Assembly: GCA_964504535.1 (NCBI GenBank)
Contig: CAZDED010000003.1
Span: 6,850-70,849, forward strand
Direction: 5' to 3'
Origin: an uncultured Gammaproteobacteria bacterium
GTDB lineage: Bacteria; Patescibacteriota; Microgenomatia; Levybacterales; GWA1-39-11
Length of the DNA stretch: 64,000 nucleotides
Shown here: positions 53,768-64,000 of the stretch, piece by piece
How positions within the stretch are numbered: the first letter of the stretch is position 1
Layout of the letters: each line of letters opens with the position of its first letter
Notes under the pieces: model-generated
Told to the model about the DNA's origin: nothing
The model's database searches: none
Seen by the model: the letters and a program-made list of their open reading frames with translations, nothing else
Position numbers and translations under genes: made by a program

Positions 53768-54376
53768 CTAAAGAAAGATGGATTCAATCATAATTTTGTG
53801 GTTTATGTTATTGGTTTTGGTAAGGCTTATGAGGGGCAATGATCTTTTGCAATACTGAAAGTAGCTTGAGACATTTACCTGATCTATATTTGCCAGGAGT
53901 AGTTGTCTCATGGCCATAATAAGATCATCCAAATTACCATCTTCAAGAGATGCTACCAGCTCATCAATTTTTAACCAATCGTTGTTGCTTTCACAAATGT
54001 TTTTTACAAGATCAGCGATCTTCTCACTTACTGTTGTTTGTGTAGTCAATCTGACAAGTACACAGCGGGAACGGACAGTCTGCAACAATGTATCCTCCTG
54101 GGATGATGAGAATAAGAAATATACATTATCCGGAGCCTCTTCCATGTTTTTCAGGAGAGCATTCTGAGCTTCAATAGTACAAGTATTTCTAAAGATAAAT
54201 ATTTTCTTTGTCGGCACTTTATAGCTAAGATCATTTTTAATTGCACGCGCATTCTCTATCTTTATCGGGTCATCGAAATATTCAATTTCAAAAGGAGTAA
54301 ATAAATTCTCTTTCAGATAATTATCAACATATTCATTTATAGCGGTGTTGTCACCTACCAAAAAAATGTTATTCAT
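53768..54376 (-). CDS. DNA polymerase III delta-prime-like clamp-loader subunit (divergent, no Walker A)
   Basis: LLKNMEEAPDNVYFLFSSSQEDTLLQTVRSRCVLVRL matches the clamp-loader box LLKTLEEPP...F.L.T.....LL.TIRSRC. It is only 202 aa and has no P-loop. Confidence 0.4.
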   Translation of the reverse strand: MNNIFLVGDNTAINEYVDNYLKENLFTPFEIEYFDDPIKIENARAIKNDLSYKVPTKKIFIFRNTCTIEAQNALLKNMEEAPDNVYFLFSSSQEDTLLQTVRSRCVLVRLTTQTTVSEKIADLVKNICESNNDWLKIDELVASLEDGNLDDLIMAMRQLLLANIDQVNVSSYFQYCKRSLPLISLTKTNNINHKIMIESIFL

Positions 54377-54410
54377 GCTGCTCTTTTTATATCATAAATA
54401 GAGTAAGTTG

Positions 54411-54439
54411 TTGACGGCAAAGGCAAATTCAACTACGAT
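54411..54439 (+). promoter_or_regulatory. Candidate sigma70-like promoter for pilB-pilT-pilC (TTGACG, 17 nt, TACGAT), followed by a small 5'-UTR hairpin at 54448-54465
   Basis: Found in the divergent intergenic region 54377-54472. GAGGA ribosome-binding site at 54476-54480. Confidence 0.25.
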
Positions 54440-54472
54440 AAATATACCGCTTTTACCCAAGCGGGGTTTGTA

Positions 54473-56230
54473 GTGAGGAAAACTATGCCAACTGTCCAAA
54501 ATCAATTTAATTCACCAGTCGATAGCGCCGGACCAAGCATTGGAAGCATTCTTGTTCAGGAAAAATTGTTGAGCCCCGAACAATTTACCAATCTAAAAGT
54601 TGAAGCAGCAAAGCAGAACATAGATATCGACAAACTCATTCACGATCTTCAGATAATACCCGAAGAAAAATATTATGAGGCACAGGCGAAAATGCTCAAT
54701 GTTCCATTTACAAGCGTCACAACACTTCCTTTCTCACCCGAAGCCCTAGGTTTTATTCCTAAATCTGTTGCTGAAAGATTCAGTCTTATTCCATTTGCTT
54801 TTGACCGAGAAGCAAAAGTCCTTTCAGTTGTTATGAGCAACACAAATGATGTTGAGGCAATTGAATTTATAAAGCAAAAAACCGGCGCGACGATCAAGGC
54901 ATTTCAAGGAATTCCTACAGAAGTTTCTCAGGCGATTCAAACCCAATATAGCTTCGGTCTAGTTGGAGAAGTGAAAGCAGCTCTGAAAGAAAGCGAGCAG
55001 ATCCAGAAAGTGAAGACATTTGATCTTCAAAGCATTTCGGAAGTTATTAAAGAAGCACCGATTGCCAAAATCGTGTCTACAATCCTCGAGTATGCTGTAA
55101 AAAGCAGAGCCTCGGATATCCACTTGGAACCACAAGAAGATAGGGTAAGGGTGAGATATAGGATTGACGGTATTCTTTATGAAAGACTATCCTTGCCATT
55201 AGGCGTAAGCGAAGCTGTTATTTCCCGCGTAAAGATATTGTCTGGGCTGAAAATCGATGAGCACAGAACTCCTCAAGATGGACGTTTTAATTTTAAAGTT
55301 GCTGAAGAAGAGGTTGATCTTCGCGTAAGCTCTCTTCCAACTGTTTTTGGAGAAAAAATAGTTATGAGGTTACTTCGAAAATCCGGAGGAGTACCTACGC
55401 TTGCCGATCTTGGTCTTGGCGGCACTTCGTTGCGGACACTTGAGGCTGCAATGCTTCGTCCTCATGGCATAATTCTTGTTTGCGGACCTACCGGTTCTGG
55501 AAAAACTACGACTTTATATGCAGTCCTGTCAAAACTCAACACAACAAGAGTAAATATTCTTACCCTGGAGGATCCTGTCGAGTACCAGATCCCGGGTGCC
55601 AATCAGGTTCAGATCAATGATGACGTGGGACTTACATTTGCAACCGGACTTCGTGCTTTTTTGCGGCAAGATCCAAACATCATACTGGTAGGAGAGATCC
55701 GGGACAAGGAGACGACAGAACTTGCTATACAAGCTTCATTAACGGGACATTTGGTTTTCTCAACCCTTCACACTGATAGTGCATCAGGAGCTCTGCCCCG
55801 TCTTATTGATATGGGCGCAGAAACATTTCTCCTTGCTTCAACCATTAATGCGACAATGGGACAACGTATCGCAAGAAAAATATGTTCACACTGTAAAATA
55901 GAATACACCCCACCACCAGAAATCATTGAGGAAATGAAAAAAGTGCTAGGAACCCTCATGCCAAAAGGCACTGGAGCACCAATAAAATTATTTAAGGGTT
56001 CAGGTTGTGAAGTGTGTGGACATTCGGGTTTTTTGGGAAGGGTCGGGATTTATGAAGTTATGGCTATAAGTGAAGGTATTGCAAAACTCATTTTAGAGCG
56101 AAAAGATAGTTCAACAATAGAAGCAAAAGCGAAAGAAGAGGGCATGATAACCATGAAACAAGACGGATACCTCAAGGTTCTTTCAGGGGTCACAACAATT
56201 GATGAGATTTTGAGAGTCGCGCAAGAATAA
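54473..56230 (+). CDS. pilB: Type IV pilus assembly ATPase PilB (GspE family)
   Basis: N-terminal GspII-like domain, Walker A GPTGSGKTTTLYA, and the tetracysteine motif CSHCK...CEVCGHSG. 585 aa. Confidence 0.9.
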   Translation: MRKTMPTVQNQFNSPVDSAGPSIGSILVQEKLLSPEQFTNLKVEAAKQNIDIDKLIHDLQIIPEEKYYEAQAKMLNVPFTSVTTLPFSPEALGFIPKSVAERFSLIPFAFDREAKVLSVVMSNTNDVEAIEFIKQKTGATIKAFQGIPTEVSQAIQTQYSFGLVGEVKAALKESEQIQKVKTFDLQSISEVIKEAPIAKIVSTILEYAVKSRASDIHLEPQEDRVRVRYRIDGILYERLSLPLGVSEAVISRVKILSGLKIDEHRTPQDGRFNFKVAEEEVDLRVSSLPTVFGEKIVMRLLRKSGGVPTLADLGLGGTSLRTLEAAMLRPHGIILVCGPTGSGKTTTLYAVLSKLNTTRVNILTLEDPVEYQIPGANQVQINDDVGLTFATGLRAFLRQDPNIILVGEIRDKETTELAIQASLTGHLVFSTLHTDSASGALPRLIDMGAETFLLASTINATMGQRIARKICSHCKIEYTPPPEIIEEMKKVLGTLMPKGTGAPIKLFKGSGCEVCGHSGFLGRVGIYEVMAISEGIAKLILERKDSSTIEAKAKEEGMITMKQDGYLKVLSGVTTIDEILRVAQE

Positions 56231-56232
56231 AA

Positions 56233-57300
56233 ATGGACATCAACCAATTATTAGAAAAGGCCATATCAACAAATGCATCAGACCTGCATCTTATGGTGGG
56301 AATTCCACCTGTATACCGTATAAATGGAATGCTTCAGCAACTCTCAACAGTGCCGCCCCTAACAGATCAGCTCCTCGAGCAGATGGTGATGTCTTTGCTC
56401 TCTGCAGCACAAAAAGATATGTTTGTGACTAACCGAGCCTTGGACTTTTCATATGGATACGGTGGAGGAAATTTTGGTGACAAAGGGAGATTTAGGGTCA
56501 ATGTGTACTATCAAAGAAATTCTGTAGCTGCCGCATTTAGATTGCTTCCACCAAAAGTTAAAACCATTGAAGAACTTCGACTTCCTCCCATTTGCCACAA
56601 GTTAGCGACATTAAAACACGGATTTGTTTTGATTACAGGACCTACAGGTCATGGAAAAACCACAACAATTGCATCTATTGTTAATGAAATCAATATGACA
56701 AGAGCCGCAAATATCCTGACTGTTGAGGATCCTATCGAATATGTCTTTCCGAAAGGAAAAAGCATTATTTCACAGAGAGAATTAGGACACGATACATTAT
56801 CGTGGGCAGAGAGTCTCAAGAGTGCTCTTCGCGAAGATCCGGATGTTGTTATTGTTGGCGAAATGCGTGACCCTGAAAGTATCGCGAGTGCGATAACAAT
56901 CGCCGAAACTGGCCATTTAGTGCTCTCGACACTGCATACTAACTCTGCAGCTCAAACAATAGACAGGATCATCGATTCATTCCCAGAGGCTCAACAGAAC
57001 CAGGTAAAAATCCAACTAGCAGCAACACTTGAGGCGGTAGTCTCACAACGATTAATTCCAACTATTGATGGTCAGCGGATTGTCGCAACAGAAGTACTTC
57101 TTGCTACAAATGCTGTCAGGGCAAATATTAGGGAAGGGAAAACTCACCTAATAGATTCTACGATAGAGACATCCTCAGAAGAAGGAATGAATTCCCTTGA
57201 AGCATCACTTGCACAACTCGTTAAAGAAGGCATCATAACCCTTGACGTTGCTCAGGCTTATGCATTAAGACCTGAAAGCCTTGCCCGCATGATGGGATAG
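56233..57300 (+). CDS. pilT: Twitching motility / retraction ATPase PilT
   Basis: Walker A GPTGHGKTTT, PilT-like length (355 aa) and motifs. Confidence 0.85.
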   Translation: MDINQLLEKAISTNASDLHLMVGIPPVYRINGMLQQLSTVPPLTDQLLEQMVMSLLSAAQKDMFVTNRALDFSYGYGGGNFGDKGRFRVNVYYQRNSVAAAFRLLPPKVKTIEELRLPPICHKLATLKHGFVLITGPTGHGKTTTIASIVNEINMTRAANILTVEDPIEYVFPKGKSIISQRELGHDTLSWAESLKSALREDPDVVIVGEMRDPESIASAITIAETGHLVLSTLHTNSAAQTIDRIIDSFPEAQQNQVKIQLAATLEAVVSQRLIPTIDGQRIVATEVLLATNAVRANIREGKTHLIDSTIETSSEEGMNSLEASLAQLVKEGIITLDVAQAYALRPESLARMMG

Positions 57301-57304
57301 AACT

Positions 57305-58507
57305 ATGGATTATTCTTACGTTGCCGCAGACAAGCAGGGACTCAAGCAAAAAGGAAAACTTGAGGCCAATGACCAAAAAGAAGTTATTGATTACCTCCGC
57401 TCGAAGGAGCTGACCCCTCTTGAGGTTAAAAGCCTTGAAAAACGGGAGAGTAGTCTGATGGGTTATTTTTCCCGCGTCAAAGGAAATGACATCGTTCTGT
57501 TTACGAGACAGCTCGCCTCAATGATTCTGACCGGTCTTACCGTTATAGAGAGTTTGAATATCTTAAAGCAGCAGAACAATAAGCCACAGATGCAAAAGAT
57601 TGTCGATGATCTTATCGCAAATCTTTCAGAAGGAAAACCTTTGTCCACTGCACTTGCAAATTATCCGGCGGTTTTTTCGACAACATACATAGCTCTTATA
57701 AAATCGGCAGAGGAGGGTGGTATCTTAGATAAAGTTTTAGCACGTCTTGCAGACAATCTTGAAAAATCTGAAGAGGTCCATAAAAGAGTAAAGTCAGCAC
57801 TATTTTATCCGGGCATCATCATCTCGGGCGTGGTTATCGTTATCGTCATGATGAATGTATTTGTTATCCCACAAATGGGAGCCTTATACGAAAGCCTTGA
57901 TCTGCAATTACCCATTATGACAAGAATTGTGCTTGCCGGATCAAAATTGACGACAACACTTCTTCCATTTTCTATCTTCTTTATTATCGGCGGTTATTTC
58001 GGATTTAAAAGATTTGCAAAAACAGGAACCGGCATACGGATCATCGATAAAATAAAGTTAAGAGCTCCTGTTTTTGGAGACATCGTAAGACTATCTATCT
58101 TGAGCGAGGTATCAAGAACTATTTCATTGCTGGTTAATTCTGGAGCATCCCTTATCGGCGCATTAAATATTGCTGCCGATGTTTCCGGAAATGTTTATTA
58201 CAAAAGTGCACTCAAAGGAACGAGCGCTCTTGTTGAAAAAGGAGCCGGGCTGTCGGTTGCTTTACAAAATCAGATGATATTTCCACCACTTATGATTCAG
58301 ATGGTAAAAGTCGGTGAGTCGACAGGAAAAATTGACGAATCCCTTCTAAAAGTAAGCGAGTATTTTGAAAGGGACCTTGACATTAAAGTAAAGACTCTTA
58401 CTACATCCATCGAACCTATTCTTATTATTATTCTGGGAGTCTCGGTAGCATTTCTTATTATCTCAGTTATTACCCCAATCTATTCACTGGTATCTCAAAT
58501 TCAATAG
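57305..58507 (+). CDS. pilC: Type IV pilus inner-membrane platform protein PilC (GspF family)
   Basis: 400 aa with two GspF repeats and TM segments. It directly follows pilB and pilT. Confidence 0.85.
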   Translation: MDYSYVAADKQGLKQKGKLEANDQKEVIDYLRSKELTPLEVKSLEKRESSLMGYFSRVKGNDIVLFTRQLASMILTGLTVIESLNILKQQNNKPQMQKIVDDLIANLSEGKPLSTALANYPAVFSTTYIALIKSAEEGGILDKVLARLADNLEKSEEVHKRVKSALFYPGIIISGVVIVIVMMNVFVIPQMGALYESLDLQLPIMTRIVLAGSKLTTTLLPFSIFFIIGGYFGFKRFAKTGTGIRIIDKIKLRAPVFGDIVRLSILSEVSRTISLLVNSGASLIGALNIAADVSGNVYYKSALKGTSALVEKGAGLSVALQNQMIFPPLMIQMVKVGESTGKIDESLLKVSEYFERDLDIKVKTLTTSIEPILIIILGVSVAFLIISVITPIYSLVSQIQ

Positions 58508-58586
58508 CCCCATCAACCGCTTCAACTGTATCAACCTCATCCTTAGCCCATCACAGTCCAATTTTGCTAATTTCCCCCCCACTCAC

Positions 58587-58605
58587 TTAGGGGTCCGACC
58601 CCTAA
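58587..58605. repeat. REP-like palindrome TTAGGGGTCCGACCCCTAA, copy 1
   Basis: Imperfect palindrome: the GGGG..CCCC arms pair around TCCGA, or the 7-bp arms AGGGGTC and GACCCCT pair around a central C. Confidence 0.6.
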
Positions 58606-58639
58606 GCATATATTTTTCATTTTTCAGCCACATTTTAAG

Positions 58640-58658
58640 TTAGGGGTCCGACCCCTAA
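58640..58658. repeat. REP-like palindrome TTAGGGGTCCGACCCCTAA, copy 2
   Basis: Identical to copy 1 and 53 nt downstream of it. It lies 16 nt upstream of the transposase start. Confidence 0.6.
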
Positions 58659-58673
58659 ATGGTATAGTGAATT

Positions 58674-59321
58674 ATGCCATCAAAATACGTTGTTCGAAAT
58701 TACACTGAAGGGGGCATCTACCATATATTTAATCGTGGAGTGGAAAAGAGGAAGATATTCATGTCTAGTCAAGACTATAGAATATTCATGTATTACATTT
58801 TTGTTTATACTGCGCCACTGCCAAAAGTATTAACTTCATATCCGAACCATCCTTTTCGACTTCAGCAAAAAAATTTATCAAATGAAGTAGAAATTCTCGC
58901 TTATTGTCTAATGCCAAACCATTTCCACTTTCTCTTAAAGCAAAACACAAAAGACGGTATTACTAAATTCATGAAGCAGATGACAAATGCTTACACTGAA
59001 TATTTTAACAAGAAGTATAAACGTGAAGGAGGGCTAATGCAGGGGAAATATAAAGCAGCAGAAGTTGAATCAGACAAAATACTATTACATATATCACGAT
59101 ACATCCATTTAAACCCGGTTGTCGCTGGACTTTGTGAGAAGGTAAACGATTACCCTTGGTCATCAATTAACGAATTTGTTGAAAATAAAGAAATCTTATG
59201 TCATATAAAATCAGTTCTAGAACAGTTTTCGTCATCAAAAAAATATGAGTCATTTGTTCTAGATCATTTGGATTATGCACGTGAGCTTGAAAACATAAAA
59301 CATGTATTAATGGATGAATAG
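58674..59321 (+). CDS. Y1/HUH tyrosine transposase, REP-associated (RAYT) / IS200-like TnpA family
   Basis: YHIFNRGVEKRKIF (N-terminal motif), HUH motif NHFHFLL, the catalytic-Tyr region SRYIHLNPVVAGL, and YPWSS. 215 aa. Confidence 0.75.
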   Translation: MPSKYVVRNYTEGGIYHIFNRGVEKRKIFMSSQDYRIFMYYIFVYTAPLPKVLTSYPNHPFRLQQKNLSNEVEILAYCLMPNHFHFLLKQNTKDGITKFMKQMTNAYTEYFNKKYKREGGLMQGKYKAAEVESDKILLHISRYIHLNPVVAGLCEKVNDYPWSSINEFVENKEILCHIKSVLEQFSSSKKYESFVLDHLDYARELENIKHVLMDE

Positions 59322-59336
59322 GGGTCCGACCCCTAT
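59318..59336. repeat. REP-like palindrome ATAGGGGTCCGACCCCTAT, copy 3, overlapping the transposase stop codon
   Basis: Same GGGGTCCGACCCC core in the same orientation as copies 1 and 2. Confidence 0.6.
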
Positions 59337-59511
59337 AAGACGAGGAGAAACATCCAAGTAAGGTCAAAAACAACCCATCTTTTATTGCCTTATTGCTTCA
59401 AATCTGATACAATATTTTATATTCTTATTATCTTTTGAATTCATTTTGAAACTAAAAACACTTCCCACCTTGCAACATCCAAATCGTTTCTATACAATAG
59501 TTTTTTGTTGA

Positions 59512-61467
<1,956 letters not shown>

Positions 61468-61559
61468 TTAGTAGTTATTAGTCCTCAGTCCTCAGTTTTG
61501 AAACTACAAACTAAGGACTACCAGACTATTAAACTGACAAAGGGGGTGACAATTAATAT

Positions 61560-62069
61560 ATGAAATTAACATACGGAAAAAATAGTCCTTCGGAAGTCAA
61601 TGTTCTCATTGAAATTCCAAAGGGTACAAACGTTAAATATGAGTTTGATAAAGAGATGGAGATCATGGTCGTAGACCGTTTTTCCAAAACGTCCATGAAC
61701 TATCCATTAAATTATGGTTTTGTTCCTGCTACCCTGTCAGGAGACGGAGACCCTGTTGATGTTCTTGTCCTTTCAGAAAAAGCAATTGCACTTGGAACTG
61801 TTATAGCAGTCAAGCCAATTGGAATGCTTGAAATGGAAGATGAAAGTGGAGTAGATGCTAAAGTTCTTGCAGTGCCTGCTGTAACCGGAGACATGTATTC
61901 TTCTTACAATGACATTACAGACGTATCGGATGATCTCAAGGCTCAAATCAAACACTTCTTTGAACATTACAAAGATTTGGATAAGGGAAAATGGGTAAAA
62001 TTGAAAGATTGGTTGGGTCGCGATGCGGCACTAAAGGAAATTACTAATGGCATTAATAATGCAAAGTAA
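61560..62069 (+). CDS. ppa: Inorganic pyrophosphatase (family I)
   Basis: 169 aa with YPLNYGFVPATLSGDGDPVDVLVL, typical of family I inorganic pyrophosphatases. Confidence 0.9.
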   Translation: MKLTYGKNSPSEVNVLIEIPKGTNVKYEFDKEMEIMVVDRFSKTSMNYPLNYGFVPATLSGDGDPVDVLVLSEKAIALGTVIAVKPIGMLEMEDESGVDAKVLAVPAVTGDMYSSYNDITDVSDDLKAQIKHFFEHYKDLDKGKWVKLKDWLGRDAALKEITNGINNAK

Positions 62070-62122
62070 AAAGTAAATTGAAATTTTTTGCTTTTTTATT
62101 TTTGCTTTTTTAAATTAATATT

Positions 62123-64000
62123 ATGGAAATTGGAAAATTAGAACATATTGATATTTCTACAGAGGCTAAAAAGGCCTATCTGGATTATGCGATGAGCGTA
62201 ATTGTCAGCCGTGCGCTTCCAGACATCAAAGATGGTCTAAAACCAGTTCATAGACGCGTTCTTTTTGCGATGTCTGAGATGAATCTTACGCCTCAAGCAA
62301 AATACGCAAAGTCGGCAAAGATTGTTGGAGAAACCATGGGTAAATACCACCCACATGGAGACATGGCAATCTATGATTCTCTTGTCCGCCTTGCCCAAGA
62401 CTTTTCAATGCGTTACCCACTTGTTGATGGCCAAGGTAATTTTGGATCCATGGACGGGGATTCGGCCGCTGCGATGAGGTACACAGAGGCAAAGCTGACG
62501 CCTTTGGCTATGGAGATGCTTTTTGATATTGATAAAGAGACCGTTGCATTTGGAGACAACTTCGACGGGACAATGAAAGAACCTCTCTATCTTCCCTCAA
62601 AGTTGCCTAACTTGTTACTTATGGGTAGTGAGGGAATTGCTGTTGGTATGGCAACAAAAATCCCACCACATAATTTAGGAGAGGTTATTGATGCTGTAGT
62701 TCACACCATTGACAAGACTACCTATGACACAAAGAAAGACAATGTCGTCAAAAACGCTCAAGAAAGTGATACAGACAAAGAAAAGGAAAAGCAGCAAGCA
62801 CTCGCTGAGACACTAGAATCAAAGCTCTCAAGACTTTCATCAAATGTTGAAATTGATGAACTATTGGAATTCATAAAAGGACCGGATTTCCCAACAGGGG
62901 GAGCTATATTTGACATAGCTGAAATCAGAAATGTTTATAGAACCGGACGGGGAAGGATATTGATCCGAGGAATTGCAAATATTGAAGATATTGGACAAGG
63001 AAAGAGTGCGATTATTATTACAGAATTGCCATATCAGGTAAATAAGGCGGCCCTTGTTGCAAAAATTGCAGAACTGGCAAAACTCAAAAGACTTGAGGGA
63101 ATAACAGATCTTCGGGACGAGTCAGACAGAAGTGGTATTCGTGTGGTTGTTGAGTTAAAACGTGACACCACCCCAAAGAGAGTCTTAAATAATCTATTTA
63201 AACTAACCGCTTTACAAACTTCATTCCCAGCAAACTGTGTCGCGCTTGTTGATGGAATTCCAAAAACAGTAAATCTTAAGATCATGCTTGATGAGTACAT
63301 CAAACACCGTTTCTCAGTTATAACAAAAAGATCAGAGTTTGAACTAGCCCAAGCAAAGGCTCGCATCCACATTTTAGATGGACTTATCATCGCAGTTAAT
63401 AATATTGATGAGGTCGTTGATATCATCAAAAAATCCAAAAATACTGAAGATGCACGTGAGAAATTGATGGCACGATTCAAGCTCTCGGAAATCCAGGCAA
63501 ATGCCATCTTGGACATGCAACTTCGTCGTCTCTCAGCACTTGAAGTTGAGAAATTAGAGGCAGAGTGGAAAGAGATAAAGGCACTTATTGACTACCTTGA
63601 AGGGCTCCTTGCAGATCCACTCAAACTCCTAAAAGTTGTCAGGGATGAATTGGTCGCTATCAAAGAAAAGTATCAGGACGCGAGAAGAACTAAAGTCTAC
63701 AAATCCAAAGTTGATGAATTCTCAGAAGAGGATCTTATTCAAAATGAGCAGACAGTTATTACTATTACCGAAACGGGCTACATAAAGCGTCAGTCGGTCA
63801 CGTCATTCAAGACTCAAGCACGTGGCGGAAAAGGGGTAATGGGCATGAAGACAAAGGATGAAGACAATATAGAACATATTCTATTTTCTGAAACCCATGA
63901 TCACATTTTGTTCTTCACAAATCTTGGCAAGGTTTACGCAACTCGGGTATTTGAGATTGCAGAAGGATCAAGAATAGCAAAGGGGCAAGCTATAGTTAAC
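62123..64000 (+). CDS. gyrA: DNA gyrase subunit A, partial (3' end beyond the window)
   Basis: N-terminal [24 protein letters not shown], active-site [10 protein letters not shown], and a GyrA-box-like QARGGKG near the window end. Confidence 0.9.
   Translation, partial: MEIGKLEHIDISTEAKKAYLDYAMSVIVSRALPDIKDGLKPVHRRVLFAMSEMNLTPQAKYAKSAKIVGETMGKYHPHGDMAIYDSLVRLAQDFSMRYPLVDGQGNFGSMDGDSAAAMRYTEAKLTPLAMEMLFDIDKETVAFGDNFDGTMKEPLYLPSKLPNLLLMGSEGIAVGMATKIPPHNLGEVIDAVVHTIDKTTYDTKKDNVVKNAQESDTDKEKEKQQALAETLESKLSRLSSNVEIDELLEFIKGPDFPTGGAIFDIAEIRNVYRTGRGRILIRGIANIEDIGQGKSAIIITELPYQVNKAALVAKIAELAKLKRLEGITDLRDESDRSGIRVVVELKRDTTPKRVLNNLFKLTALQTSFPANCVALVDGIPKTVNLKIMLDEYIKHRFSVITKRSEFELAQAKARIHILDGLIIAVNNIDEVVDIIKKSKNTEDAREKLMARFKLSEIQANAILDMQLRRLSALEVEKLEAEWKEIKALIDYLEGLLADPLKLLKVVRDELVAIKEKYQDARRTKVYKSKVDEFSEEDLIQNEQTVITITETGYIKRQSVTSFKTQARGGKGVMGMKTKDEDNIEHILFSETHDHILFFTNLGKVYATRVFEIAEGSRIAKGQAIVN

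Noticed and set aside
54409-54450. Strong promoter call for pilB
   Set aside because: The -10 element (TACGAT) matches consensus only 4 of 6, so it is kept as a low-confidence feature.
58561-59340. Possible CRISPR array, because of the repeated GGGGTCCGACCCC
   Set aside because: Only three copies with irregular spacing of 53 nt and about 660 nt. They are palindromic and flank a Y1 transposase. This is REP/RAYT-like, not CRISPR.

Overview
This is a low-GC (roughly 37-40% by eye) bacterial chromosomal segment, and nothing in it suggests a non-standard genetic code. A small-genome, Patescibacteria/CPR-like organism would fit the gene content, but I cannot establish that from sequence alone. I found no rRNA, tRNA or CRISPR arrays.

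**Positions 1-23837, minus strand: one giant repetitive gene.** The start codon is at 23837 and the ORF continues past window position 1, so at least about 7,945 codons lie in view. It encodes a secreted or surface protein with nested repeats. Its N-terminus is a signal/anchor peptide: MRLFFQFAYLKPSKRTLFLGALASLLFVGGVFA. All the short plus-strand ORFs that the track lists across this span sit in a single frame and are V/P/I/L-rich. They are antisense artefacts of this gene.

**23838-24572:** a 735-bp AT-rich leader carrying TTTCACG direct repeats.

**24573-30220, minus strand:** an F1Fo ATP synthase operon in the order atpF-H-A-G-D-C (subunits b, delta, alpha, gamma, beta, epsilon). No atpB (a) or atpE (c) gene is adjacent.

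**30.3-38.4 kb: accessory-looking stretch.**
- A P-loop nucleotide kinase split by an apparent -1 frameshift.
- A PhnB/VOC-family protein.
- A strong bidirectional terminator.
- A YibE/F-type membrane protein.
- A secreted Thr-rich protein whose C-terminal two-helix hairpin resembles an ATP-synthase c subunit but has Ala at the ion-binding position.
- A GH130-like glycosidase.
- Three Nudix hydrolase genes, one of them frameshifted.
- A class A penicillin-binding protein (PBP).

**38.4-44.4 kb: housekeeping block.** tyrS, a 33-codon membrane peptide coupled to recG, rpmF, nusB, rnc, rpsP, a KH-domain protein, and trmD.

**44.4-58.5 kb: a complete type IV pilus locus.**
- pilO, pilN and pilM on the minus strand.
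- A PilX-like protein and six prepilin-type genes, whose leaders carry NYKLQ/INYQLL-type motifs.
- The prepilin peptidase pilD.
- A large DUF2723/TMEM260-like protein with TPR repeats, a candidate pilin glycosyltransferase.
- A divergent HolB-like clamp-loader gene sitting inside the locus.
- pilB, pilT and pilC on the plus strand.

**58.5-64 kb:**
- A Y1/HUH transposase of the RAYT/IS200 family, flanked by three copies of the palindromic REP-like element GGGGTCCGACCCC.
- gyrB.
- ppa.
- A gyrA that is partial at the window end.
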